From Oscillospiraceae bacterium (GTDB lineage: Bacteria; Bacillota; Clostridia; Oscillospirales; CAG-272): a stretch of 64,000 nt of DNA. Made by a program: the position numbers and the translations under genes. Each line of letters begins with the position of its first letter. Within the stretch, counting starts at the first letter, position 1. The notes beneath the pieces are model-generated. The model did no database searches and was not told the origin of the DNA. It saw only the letters and a program-made list of their open reading frames with translations. The stretch is taken from NCBI GenBank assembly GCA_015065105.1, contig SVQZ01000009.1, positions 7,134-71,133 of the forward strand, written 5' to 3'. Positions 1-8,793 of the stretch are shown one piece after another.

Positions 1-1
1 A

Positions 2-439
2 TTCGGGGATCCCTTCGGATATATAGCAACTCTTTTCTGCGTTATCGGACACGCCTTCCCTTGCTGGTATAAATTCAAGGGCGGCAAGGGTGTTGCTGTT
101 GCCTGTGCGGCTATCCTCTGTCTTGACCAGCTTCCCTTTGTATGCTTACTTATAGTATTCATACTTATAGTTGCCATAACGAAATACCTTTCCTTAGGCT
201 CTATAATGTCGGTGCTTATGTATCCCCTTTTTCTGGATGCATTTTATTCTCTGCATCCCTATCCCATGTTCTCTAAGCCTGTGGCAACGATCTGCAGTGT
301 GCTTATCACCTGCCTTATACTCTATCTCCACAGAGACAATATGAAGAGACTTCTCAACAAGACAGAGAATAAGTTCACGTTCAAGAAAAAAGGAACACGA
401 TCGGACAAAATAACGGAGGATAAAAATGATGAAAACTAA
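2..439 (+). CDS. plsY: Glycerol-3-phosphate acyltransferase PlsY, C-terminal part (5' end outside the window)
   Basis: The frame is open from the window edge. The translation FGDPFGYIATLFCVIGHAFPCWYKFKGGKGVAVA... carries the PlsY GHxFP/FKGGKGVA signature followed by hydrophobic helices. Listed ORF 206..439 is only the tail of this gene. Confidence 0.85.
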   Translation, partial: FGDPFGYIATLFCVIGHAFPCWYKFKGGKGVAVACAAILCLDQLPFVCLLIVFILIVAITKYLSLGSIMSVLMYPLFLDAFYSLHPYPMFSKPVATICSVLITCLILYLHRDNMKRLLNKTENKFTFKKKGTRSDKITEDKNDEN

Positions 440-1247
440 GTTATTTATCATGATAATTACCCTTACCCTCATATCAGCTATGCTTCTTTCCTGCGGAACA
501 GAAAAATCTTCAATATCCAAGAAAAATAAATCCGAAAACTCCCTTGAAAAGGAAACGGGTATCTCCCTTGACACCCTTCCCCTGAATAACGTTTCACCCG
601 ACCTTATCAACGAAGACGAAGCCGAAGAAAAAGAAACAAAGGACGAGCAAACACAAGAGTCCGGGGAAACCGATGAAGAGACCCGGGAGGAAGAGGATCC
701 CGGCGAGCCCGCAGTCGAAGTAGGTGCTGACGGGATCACCCGTGTAAACGGCATTCTTGTTGCAAACAAGACCTATTCCCTTCCCGAGGATTATGCTCCG
801 GGTGTTGATCCCACCGCAAATGCAGCTCTTGAAAAGATGTTCGATGCAGCAGCGGATGACGGTATAAGCCTGTGGGTGGTAAGCGGTTACCGCTCCTATG
901 ACCATCAGTACAATACCTATTACGGCTACGTTGCAAGAAGCGGACAGGCAGAGGCGGACAGATATTCTGCGCGTCCCGGTCATTCAGAGCATCAGACAGG
1001 ACTCGCCTTCGATTTAAACTCCCTTGAGCAGTCCTTCGGTGAGACTGCCGCAGGTAAATGGTTAAAGGCGCATTGCCATGAATACGGCTTTATAATCAGA
1101 TATCCCGAGGACAAAGAATCGGTAACAGGCTATATGTACGAGCCCTGGCACGTAAGATATCTCGGTGAAGACATTGCTGCAGATGTTTTTGAAAGCGGAC
1201 TTTGTCTCGAAGAATACCTTGGAATCACTTCGGCATATAACGATTAA
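426..1247 (+). CDS. M15B (VanY-like) D-alanyl-D-alanine carboxypeptidase, lipoprotein
   Basis: Lipobox-type signal (LISAMLLSCG), an acidic linker, then SGYRSY, SEHQTGLAFD and EPWHVRY motifs typical of VanY/M15 zinc peptidases. GGAGGA lies upstream of the ATG at 426/429. Confidence 0.85.
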   Translation: MMKTKLFIMIITLTLISAMLLSCGTEKSSISKKNKSENSLEKETGISLDTLPLNNVSPDLINEDEAEEKETKDEQTQESGETDEETREEEDPGEPAVEVGADGITRVNGILVANKTYSLPEDYAPGVDPTANAALEKMFDAAADDGISLWVVSGYRSYDHQYNTYYGYVARSGQAEADRYSARPGHSEHQTGLAFDLNSLEQSFGETAAGKWLKAHCHEYGFIIRYPEDKESVTGYMYEPWHVRYLGEDIAADVFESGLCLEEYLGITSAYND

Positions 1248-1355
1248 AAATTCAAAATTTATACATAAATAAATTCAAAAAACTATTGCATTTTAGAAGT
1301 TATTGTGTTATAATAACTTTCACATGATTAAAAGTATCCGTTTGGAGGTGTAGAT

Positions 1356-1541
1356 ATGGCAAAGTGTTCAGTATGCGGAAAGGGCGTTACATTCGGTCAC
1401 AACGTGTCCCACTCAAATCGTAAGACCAACAGAATGTGGAAGCCCAATATCAGAAAGGTAAAGGCTAACATTGACGGTACTGTTAAAACAGTAAGCGTTT
1501 GTTCTCGTTGCCTTCGTTCCGGTAAGGTATCCAGAGCGTAA
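1356..1541 (+). CDS. rpmB: 50S ribosomal protein L28
   Basis: 61 aa, MAKCSVCGKG..NVSHSNRKTNR..PNIRKV pattern of L28. GGAGGTG lies 6 nt upstream. Confidence 0.95.
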   Translation: MAKCSVCGKGVTFGHNVSHSNRKTNRMWKPNIRKVKANIDGTVKTVSVCSRCLRSGKVSRA

Positions 1542-1562
1542 TCAACTAAATACGTACTCATT

Positions 1563-1586
1563 CGGACGGTTTTTACCGTCCGTTTT
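1563..1586 (+). terminator. Intrinsic terminator after rpmB
   Basis: Stem cggacggt/accgtccg with a tttt loop, followed by TTTT. Confidence 0.7.
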
Positions 1587-1604
1587 GCCTTTATGGAGAA
1601 ATAT

Positions 1605-2297
1605 ATGAAAAAATTGTTTATTTCTGAGGATATTCCGAAAAGCACTGAGGAATTACTTACAAAGGAAGGCTTCTTTGCAGTAAGGCTAAAAAAAGAGAAG
1701 GACCTTCCCCTTCCCGTTTCCTCTCATGCAGATATGCTTATATTCTCGGACGCAAAAAAGCTTATTACAACAAAAAAATATTTTGATTCCAATAAAACCG
1801 TCTTTGACACATCAAACGTCTTAACGGTAAATGCAGAATTCGGGAATATATATCCAAAGGACGTCATCTTTAATGCATTTACGGTCAACGGCACTCTGTT
1901 CGGCAAAACAGATTCGCTTTGCGAAGAGCTGACAAGCCTCTATGACAAAAAGATACACCTTTCTCAAGGCTATGCAAAATGCTCCGTTCTTATATTCGGA
2001 AGCAATGCAATAATGGCTGATAAGGGTATATATAAGGCTCTTGACGACTTCGGAATTAGATGTCTGCTTACAGAGCCCGGTCATATCCTTCTTCCGGGCT
2101 ACAGCTACGGATTTATAGGAGGAGCCTCCTTTAGCTATGATGATAAGGTGTTCTTTTTCGGAGATATTACGTCACATCCCGATTCAGAAAGAATACTCGG
2201 ATTCATAAAAGAGGCAGGATACACGGTGCTTTTCGATAAATCGATACCTTTGACAGATTTCGGCGGCGCCGTTATTGACAAAAGTCTCAGTTTATGA
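1605..2297 (+). CDS. Conserved hypothetical protein
   Basis: ORF 1593..2297. The ATG at 1605 has GGAG 6 nt upstream, so I prefer it. I cannot name a family with confidence. Confidence 0.6.
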   Translation: MKKLFISEDIPKSTEELLTKEGFFAVRLKKEKDLPLPVSSHADMLIFSDAKKLITTKKYFDSNKTVFDTSNVLTVNAEFGNIYPKDVIFNAFTVNGTLFGKTDSLCEELTSLYDKKIHLSQGYAKCSVLIFGSNAIMADKGIYKALDDFGIRCLLTEPGHILLPGYSYGFIGGASFSYDDKVFFFGDITSHPDSERILGFIKEAGYTVLFDKSIPLTDFGGAVIDKSLSL

Positions 2298-2340
2298 TAC
2301 TATAAATACGAAAAAGTTTAATTAATATAGGAGTTATATT

Positions 2341-3393
2341 ATGACACCAAGAGAGAATTTATTAGCGGCGCTTCGCCGTCAAAACCCCGAGAGAGTTCCC
2401 TTCTATTTTGACCTTTGCCCTTCCTTAAAGGATGAATTCAAGGCAAAGACAGGCAAAGATGATTACGAAGAATATTATGGCTTTGACTGCAGAACCTTTA
2501 CATACACACCTACAAAGAATCAGAACGATTATTCCGAATATTTCGGAAGATTAAAGGAAGGCACCACCATCGACGAATGGGGCGTTGCCTTTGAGCCCGG
2601 CTCTGTTGCTCACTTTACAAAATTCCTTCATGCAATGGAGGATTTTGACGATCCCGATGAAGTATGGGATTTCCCCATGCCCGATATCCTTGAGGACTAT
2701 CGTTGGGAAGGCATGAAGGAAGCCGTAGATAAGGTACATGAGCAGGGTCTTGCGGCTGTTTTTACCGCTATCCAGATCTTTGAGCCCGCATGGTATCTTC
2801 GCGGTCTTGATAACCTTCTCTGCGATATGATGACAGACGAGGATATGGCCGAAGCTTGTCTCAAGAGAATGGCAGACCATCAGGTAGAGGTTGCAAAGAA
2901 GGTTGCAGCCTGCGGATTCGACCTTATCATGTTCGGTGATGACGTTGGAAGCCAGAAGGACCTTATGATGAGCCGCGACCTTTGGTGCAAGTGGCTTAAG
3001 CCTGATATGAAGCGCGCTATTGCAGCTGCAAAAGAAGTAAACCCCGACGTTCTTGCCTTCTATCATTCCGACGGTGTTATCTATGATATCATAGAAGATC
3101 TTATCGAGATCGGTGTTGACGTTCTCAACCCCGTTCAGCCCGAATGTATCGATCCCGCAAAGGTCAAGGAAATGTACGGAGACCGTCTTTCCTTCTGGGG
3201 TACTATCGGTACACAGACTACAATGCCCTTCGGTACGGCCGATGAGGTTGACGCAAAGGTCAAGGAGATAATCGAAAGCGTAGGTAAGAACGGCGGTCTC
3301 TGTATCGCTCCTACACATATGCTTGAGCCCGATGTTCCCTATGCAAACATTGAAGCTTTCGTTGAAGCGGTTAAAAAATACGGTAAGTATTAA
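2341..3393 (+). CDS. Uroporphyrinogen-decarboxylase (URO-D) family protein, MtaA/CmuA-like methyltransferase fold
   Basis: 350-aa ORF with a good SD (AGGAG). Overall resemblance to URO-D family proteins, for example the C-terminal GGLCIAPTHMLEPDVP. Substrate unknown. Confidence 0.6.
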   Translation: MTPRENLLAALRRQNPERVPFYFDLCPSLKDEFKAKTGKDDYEEYYGFDCRTFTYTPTKNQNDYSEYFGRLKEGTTIDEWGVAFEPGSVAHFTKFLHAMEDFDDPDEVWDFPMPDILEDYRWEGMKEAVDKVHEQGLAAVFTAIQIFEPAWYLRGLDNLLCDMMTDEDMAEACLKRMADHQVEVAKKVAACGFDLIMFGDDVGSQKDLMMSRDLWCKWLKPDMKRAIAAAKEVNPDVLAFYHSDGVIYDIIEDLIEIGVDVLNPVQPECIDPAKVKEMYGDRLSFWGTIGTQTTMPFGTADEVDAKVKEIIESVGKNGGLCIAPTHMLEPDVPYANIEAFVEAVKKYGKY

Positions 3394-3430
3394 TTTCTTG
3401 CGATTTTTTTGATAAATTATTAAAAAACTA

Positions 3431-3459
3431 TTGACAAACACACTTTAGTGTGCTAAAAT
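3431..3459 (+). promoter_or_regulatory. Sigma-A type promoter of the aromatic operon
   Basis: TTGACA (3431-3436), 17-nt spacer, TAAAAT (3454-3459). The spacer contains the dyad CACAC-N4-GTGTG. Confidence 0.6.
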
Positions 3460-3491
3460 CTATTCAAATCTTGTGAAAGGATATAAAACTA

Positions 3492-3557
3492 ATGAAGTTC
3501 GTAAATTACTTTAGCAACTTTTATTACTTTACTAAGTTTCTTGGTAAGGTCATTTAG
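3492..3557 (+). CDS. Candidate leader peptide MKFVNYFSNFYYFTKFLGKVI (8 of 21 residues are Phe or Tyr)
   Basis: ATG at 3492 with AAAGGA about 11 nt upstream, 21 sense codons, stop TAG at 3555-3557. It lies between the promoter and a terminator, upstream of the aro/tyrA/pheA genes. Confidence 0.5.
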   Translation: MKFVNYFSNFYYFTKFLGKVI

Positions 3558-3602
3558 TGTTGCCGTGATTTATAGAACTTTTTAGGGATATAAAGTATAT
3601 TT

Positions 3603-3637
3603 ACCTCGGTGATACTAAATCACCGAGGTTATTTTTT
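3603..3637 (+). terminator. Attenuator-type intrinsic terminator in the aro operon leader
   Basis: 11-bp perfect stem acctcggtgat/atcaccgaggt, 5-nt loop, then TTATTTTTT. It sits 25 nt upstream of the aroF start. Confidence 0.75.
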
Positions 3638-3661
3638 AATCATTTAAAAGGAGATATTAAA

Positions 3662-4672
3662 ATGATCATCGTTTTGAAGGAGCAGCCCGAACAGCAACAG
3701 CTTCACAATCTCACAGAATGGCTTCACGGTATGGGCCTTGAAATACATACCTCAGAAGGTAAGCATTCAACTATTTTAGGTCTTGTAGGAGATACCTCAA
3801 GAGTAGATATAGACCTTATCCAAGCTCTTGACATCGTTGCAAGCGTTAAACGTATTCAGGAGCCTTATAAGTCCGCAAACAGAAAATTTCATCCGCTCGA
3901 CACTGTGATCAAAGTCGGTGATACCTCGATAGGAGGCGACGTATTTGCAAAGATCGCAGGTCCCTGCTCTGTAGAGAATGAAGACCAGATAATCGCTATT
4001 GCCGCAGAAGTAAAGGAAGCGGGTGCTACAATGCTCCGCGGAGGCGCTTTCAAGCCAAGAACCTCCCCTTACGCATTCCAGGGTATGGGCGGTGAAGGTA
4101 TAGATCTTCTTTTAAAGGCGAAGAAGGCGACGGGACTTCCCATAGTTTCGGAGGTCATGGATCTTTCACAGCTCGATCTTTTCGCTGACGTTGACGTAAT
4201 TCAGGTAGGCGCCCGTAATATGCAGAACTTCCAGCTTTTAAAAGAACTTGGAAAATCCAACAAGCCCATACTTTTAAAAAGAGGTCTTTCGGCAACCATT
4301 TCCGAGCTCTTAATGAGCGCAGAGTACATTATGGCAGGCGGTAACGAAAACGTTATCCTTTGCGAAAGAGGTATAAGAACCTTTGAGACCGCCACAAGAA
4401 ACACTCTTGATATTTCTGCGATCCCGGTGCTTAAGGAGCTTTCCCACCTCCCCATCGTTATCGACCCCAGCCACTCCGCAGGTATTGCAAGATTCGTTCC
4501 TACTCTTACCATGGCGGCAGTTGCGGCAGGTGCTGACGGTATCATGATAGAGGTACACAACGACCCCTCAAAGGCACTTTGCGACGGTCCTCAATCGATC
4601 AAGCCTGGTGCATTCAAGGTCATTTCAAAGAATATAGACACCTTGAGAGAAACCCTAAAAACATTAGATTAA
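3662..4672 (+). CDS. aroF: 3-deoxy-7-phosphoheptulonate (DAHP) synthase, class I-beta, with an N-terminal ferredoxin-like regulatory domain
   Basis: 336 aa. A roughly 65-aa N-terminal extension is followed by the GPCSVE, MLRGGAFKPRTSPY.FQG and IDPSHS motifs of the KDO8P/DAHP synthase family. Confidence 0.9.
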   Translation: MIIVLKEQPEQQQLHNLTEWLHGMGLEIHTSEGKHSTILGLVGDTSRVDIDLIQALDIVASVKRIQEPYKSANRKFHPLDTVIKVGDTSIGGDVFAKIAGPCSVENEDQIIAIAAEVKEAGATMLRGGAFKPRTSPYAFQGMGGEGIDLLLKAKKATGLPIVSEVMDLSQLDLFADVDVIQVGARNMQNFQLLKELGKSNKPILLKRGLSATISELLMSAEYIMAGGNENVILCERGIRTFETATRNTLDISAIPVLKELSHLPIVIDPSHSAGIARFVPTLTMAAVAAGADGIMIEVHNDPSKALCDGPQSIKPGAFKVISKNIDTLRETLKTLD

Positions 4673-4686
4673 AAGAAGGCAGAACA

Positions 4687-5523
4687 ATGAAAAAGAACGT
4701 TGCCGTAATCGGAATGGGCCTTATAGGAGGCTCGATAGCTAAAGCATTCAAAAAGCATACAAACCATACGATATGGGGATACAACCGCACAAGGTCAACT
4801 CTTGAGACCGCTCTTTCCGACGGTGCTATAGACATGATATTGACAGAGGATGACCTTTCAAAATGCGATATGGTTATAATAGCCCTTTATCCCGATGCAA
4901 CTATAGAGTTTGTAAAAAGCTATATTGAGCGTTTCGCCCGCAACACAGTTATCATCGACTGCTCGGGTACAAAAGAGGCAATATGCCGTGAGCTTTCTCC
5001 TTTGGCTCACGAGCACGGACTCTACTTTATAGGAGGTCATCCCATGGCGGGTATCGAACGCTCGGGATATAAGTATTCGTATGCTGAAATGTACGAGGGG
5101 GCAACGATGATCCTCTGCCGTGACGAGCATACAAATCTAATTGCCTTAAAGGCGGCAGAGCTGCTCTTTCTTGAGATAGGCTTCGGAGGGGTAACAGTTA
5201 CCGACTCGCTTACACATGATAAGCAGATAGCCTTTACCTCCCAGCTTGCCCATGTTGTTTCAAATGCGTATATAAAAAGCCCCACCGCAAAGAACCGCGC
5301 AGGATTTTCTGCGGGAAGCTATAAGGATCTTACCCGTGTGGCAAGACTCAACGAAGATATGTGGACAGATCTTTTCTTTGAAAACAAAGAAAACCTTAAA
5401 TACGAAATAGATTATATTATAAAAAGTCTCGGTGACTACCGCGACGCCCTCGAAGAGGGTAACAAAGAAAAAATGCGCCTTTTGTTAAAGGAAGGCAGAG
5501 AGGCAAAGGAAGAGATAGGCTGA
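4687..5523 (+). CDS. tyrA: Prephenate dehydrogenase
   Basis: MKKNVAVIGMGLIGGSIAKAF Rossmann motif and GGHPMAG. I moved the start from 4579 to ATG 4687 (GAAGG upstream) because the longer form overlaps aroF. Confidence 0.85.
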   Translation: MKKNVAVIGMGLIGGSIAKAFKKHTNHTIWGYNRTRSTLETALSDGAIDMILTEDDLSKCDMVIIALYPDATIEFVKSYIERFARNTVIIDCSGTKEAICRELSPLAHEHGLYFIGGHPMAGIERSGYKYSYAEMYEGATMILCRDEHTNLIALKAAELLFLEIGFGGVTVTDSLTHDKQIAFTSQLAHVVSNAYIKSPTAKNRAGFSAGSYKDLTRVARLNEDMWTDLFFENKENLKYEIDYIIKSLGDYRDALEEGNKEKMRLLLKEGREAKEEIG

Positions 5524-5524
5524 T

Positions 5525-6567
5525 ATGTTAAAGCTCAAGGTCAAGGCATCAAAGCCCTATGATGTGGTTATTGCAAAGGGTATTCTGATAATATAGCCAA
5601 TGAGATAACAGAGGTCAAAAGCCCCTGTAAAGCTGTCATAATAAGCGATGATAACGTTTGGGCTCTTTACGGAGACAAGGTCAAACGCTTACTCGCAGAG
5701 GCAGGCTTCGAGGTTGGCGAATTCGTATTCAAGAACGGTGAAGAATCAAAAAATATGGAGACCGCCCTTTCAATTACAGAATGCTGTTTTGAAAATCAAC
5801 TGACAAGATCGGACCTTATGATCGCATTAGGCGGCGGTATCGTCGGGGATATCTGCGGATTTGCCTCATCAATTTATCTTCGCGGAATAGATTTCATTCA
5901 GATACCCACCACACTTTTATCTGCCATTGATTCCTCTGTAGGCGGGAAGACAGGAGTTAACTGCTCTTACGGCAAAAATCTGATCGGTGCTTTTCACCAG
6001 CCGGTAAAGGTAATATGCGATCCTGATACCTTCAATACCCTTCCCTGCGATATCTATACTGCAGGGATATGTGAAGCTCTTAAATACGGTGTTATATGTG
6101 ACAAAAAGCTTTTTGACAGTATCGCAAACAAGAGCTGCGATATCGAAGGACTTATTCACAGATGTCTTGAGATAAAGGCTAAGATAGTTGAAAAGGATGA
6201 ATTCGACCATGGAGAAAGACAGCTGCTCAACTTCGGCCACACCCTTGCACATTCTATTGAAGCATTATCAAATTTTGAGATCTCCCACGGCCACGCAGTA
6301 GGCTTGGGAATGCTCCTTATGGCAAGAGCCTGTGAAAGCAAGGGGCTTTGCGAAAAGGGTGTATCAACGAGCATTAACGACGCTCTTGTGAGCTACTCTG
6401 TAATAAACGAAAGCAGATTTACAGAAAAGGATCTGGCATTAACAGCACTGAATGATAAAAAGCGCAAGGGAGATTCCATAACCCTTGTAATCCCCGAATA
6501 TATCGGTAAATGCTCGCTTCATAAGATAAAAATAAACGAGCTTGAAAACTTTATAACGGCAGGTTGA
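5525..6567 (+). pseudogene. aroB: 3-dehydroquinate synthase interrupted by a 1-nt frameshift near 5587
   Basis: ATG 5525 gives MLKLKVKASKPYDVVIAKGIL, then stop TAG at 5594. The minus-one frame continues with DNIANEITEVKSPCKAVIISDDNVWALYGDKV...GEESKNMETAL..GGGIVGD, a typical AroB N-terminus. That frame has no ATG/GTG/TTG between 5563 and 5755. Confidence 0.8.
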
Positions 6568-6568
6568 T

Positions 6569-7732
6569 ATGAACATTAGAATAACCCCTGCGAAGCTCAG
6601 GGGCAGTATAGAAGCAATTGCTTCAAAATCCTATGCACACAGAATAATAATGGCTTCTGCCCTTTCTGACAAGCCTACTCTGATAAGCTTAAACGGCATA
6701 TCAAAGGATATAGAGGCAACGGTTAACGCGGTAAAAGCACTCGGTGCAAATGCAGTTATAGGCGAAAATGAAATCAGGATCGAACCTATAAAGCTAAAAG
6801 AGGAGTCTCCTGTGATAGCGGTGGGAGAAAGCGGAACGACCGCCAGAATGATACTTCCCATAGCGTCCGCGCTATATCAAGAAGGGACCCTCACAGGCGA
6901 AGGCTCACTGCTTAAAAGACCCTTTGCCCCGCTATGCGATGCTTTAAGCGAGCATGGTATCACCTTTTCATCGGATATGCTCCCCATAAAGTTTAAAGGT
7001 AATATGAATTCGGGAGAATATAAGATATCCGGATCTGAAAGCTCACAGTATATTTCAGCCCTTATGTTTGCCCTTCCGCTTTTAAAGGGAGAAAGCAGGA
7101 TAACACTTACATCCCCTCTTGCATCAAAGGGATACGTTGATATTACAACGGACGTATTACAAAGCTTCGGTGTAAGCGGCGGCTTTGAGACAAAGGGTAA
7201 CGAAAGATTTATCTCACCCGAAAGGATCAAGGTCGAAGGGGATATGTCGAATGCCGCATTTTTCTTGGCGGCAGGTATTGAGGTAACAGGTTTAAATTCC
7301 GATTCAAAGCAAAAGGATAAGTTATTTTTATCGGTAAAGGACAATAACGAAATAGATGCCGACGACATTCCCGATCTTGTGCCGATCCTTGCTGTATATG
7401 CGGCATCAAGGAAGGGTAAAACGAGAATATACAACGCAGAAAGACTGCGTATCAAGGAAAGCAACCGTATCGAAAGTGTTCATGCCATGATAAAAGCCCT
7501 CGGCGGTGAGATCGAGGTCACCGAAAGCGAGCTTCTGATAAACGGAAGGGGCGGACTCCTGGGCGGTACGGTCGATTCATACAACGATCATAGGATCGTA
7601 ATGAGCGCAGCTATTGCTTCATGCTTCTGCGAAAATGAGGTCATGATCAAGGGCGCTGAGGCTGTAAATAAATCATACCCGCAGTTTTTCTTGCATTTCA
7701 ATTCACTGGGAGGAAAAGCATATGTCGAATAA
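6569..7732 (+). CDS. aroA: 3-phosphoshikimate 1-carboxyvinyltransferase (EPSP synthase), short form (387 aa)
   Basis: SKSYAHR, GESGTTARM, LLKRPF, RIKESNRI and NDHRIVM motifs. It is about 40 aa shorter than classical EPSPS. Confidence 0.85.
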   Translation: MNIRITPAKLRGSIEAIASKSYAHRIIMASALSDKPTLISLNGISKDIEATVNAVKALGANAVIGENEIRIEPIKLKEESPVIAVGESGTTARMILPIASALYQEGTLTGEGSLLKRPFAPLCDALSEHGITFSSDMLPIKFKGNMNSGEYKISGSESSQYISALMFALPLLKGESRITLTSPLASKGYVDITTDVLQSFGVSGGFETKGNERFISPERIKVEGDMSNAAFFLAAGIEVTGLNSDSKQKDKLFLSVKDNNEIDADDIPDLVPILAVYAASRKGKTRIYNAERLRIKESNRIESVHAMIKALGGEIEVTESELLINGRGGLLGGTVDSYNDHRIVMSAAIASCFCENEVMIKGAEAVNKSYPQFFLHFNSLGGKAYVE

Positions 7733-8783
7733 AATAGGAAATAAGGTAAGCGTTTCGATATTCGGTCAGTCCCATTCAGCGGCGATAGGCTGTGTTATAG
7801 AAGGACTTCCTGCAGGATTTCGTCCTAATATAGAAAGAATACAAGCGGATCTTGACAGAAGAAGGGGCGGTAAAAACAGATATTCCACACAAAGAAAGGA
7901 ATCTGATATTCCCGAGATCATCTCGGGCTTGGTCGGAGGTTATACCTGCGGAGCACCCTTGTGTGCGATCTTTCCCAACGCAGACACCAAAAGCAATGAT
8001 TACGCAAATCTGCGCGATATTCCCCGCCCGGGACACGCAGACTATACAGCCTACGTTAAAACAAAAGGATATAACGATATAAGAGGCGGCGGAGAATATT
8101 CAGGCAGACTTACCCTCCCCCTTACCTTTGCCGGAGCTCTTATAAAGCAGATACTTGAGGAAAAGGGTATATACATCGGGGCTCATATTGCTTCTATAGG
8201 TCTTATATCCGATTCCCTTTACGACCCTGTATATCTTACAAGACAGGATCTCGAGCCAAACCCCTTCCCCACGATAGACAGTGATTCGGGAATTGCCATG
8301 GAGGAATATATGACGGCTATTGCCGAGGACGGCGACAGCGCAGGCGGTATTATAGAATGTGCCGCCATAGGTGTTCCCGCAGGCTTAGGCTCTCCCATGT
8401 TCGAGGGTATCGAGGGTGAGATAGCAAAAATAATATTCGGCATTCCCGCCATAAAGGGTATCGAATTCGGAGCAGGCTTTGACGTTTCCCGAATGAAGGG
8501 CTCTGAAAACAATGACCCATTTGAATATGACAACGGTAAAGTGGTAACCTCCACCAACAACGCAGGCGGTATTTTAGGCGGTATTACAAACGGTATGCCG
8601 ATCATATTCAGATGTGCGGTAAAGCCCACTCCCTCCATAGCAAAGGAACAGAATTCTGTCAGCCTTTCTGGCGCAGTAAACGTACCGCTTAAAATCACGG
8701 GAAGACATGATCCCTGTATCGTCCCCCGTGCCGTACCTGTAGTAGAAGCGGCTTGTGCAATAGCAATAATAAATCAATTATAA
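7722..8783 (+). CDS. aroC: Chorismate synthase
   Basis: FGQSHS..IGCVIEGLPAG, RPGHADY and GRHDPCIVPRA motifs. Overlaps the aroA end by 11 nt. Confidence 0.9.
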   Translation: MSNKIGNKVSVSIFGQSHSAAIGCVIEGLPAGFRPNIERIQADLDRRRGGKNRYSTQRKESDIPEIISGLVGGYTCGAPLCAIFPNADTKSNDYANLRDIPRPGHADYTAYVKTKGYNDIRGGGEYSGRLTLPLTFAGALIKQILEEKGIYIGAHIASIGLISDSLYDPVYLTRQDLEPNPFPTIDSDSGIAMEEYMTAIAEDGDSAGGIIECAAIGVPAGLGSPMFEGIEGEIAKIIFGIPAIKGIEFGAGFDVSRMKGSENNDPFEYDNGKVVTSTNNAGGILGGITNGMPIIFRCAVKPTPSIAKEQNSVSLSGAVNVPLKITGRHDPCIVPRAVPVVEAACAIAIINQL

Positions 8784-8793
8784 GGAGCAAAAA

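Noticed and set aside
2551-3441. Long antisense ORFs inside well-supported genes (for example 2551..3441, 14448..15185, 22063..22791, 23328..23936, 38491..39183, 59991..60590, 62236..62814)
   Set aside because: They are shadow frames opposite genes with clear family motifs. They lack ribosome binding sites and have odd composition (Cys/Phe/Ile-rich).
3460-3661. T-box riboswitch upstream of the aromatic operon
   Set aside because: No T-box sequence, specifier-loop architecture or AGAGA/GNUGGNA-type motifs. The leader is only about 200 nt and is better explained by the leader ORF plus terminator.
4579-4686. N-terminal extensions of listed ORFs (tyrA 4579, Rrf2 22307, MtaA-like 31004, BMP 39276, xpt 39924, holB 41965, LRR 48715, upp 50388, mtaB 50357, GH13 57443)
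   Set aside because: In each case an internal ATG preceded by a GGAGG-type SD matches the family's normal N-terminus. The extension overlaps the upstream gene or lacks an SD.
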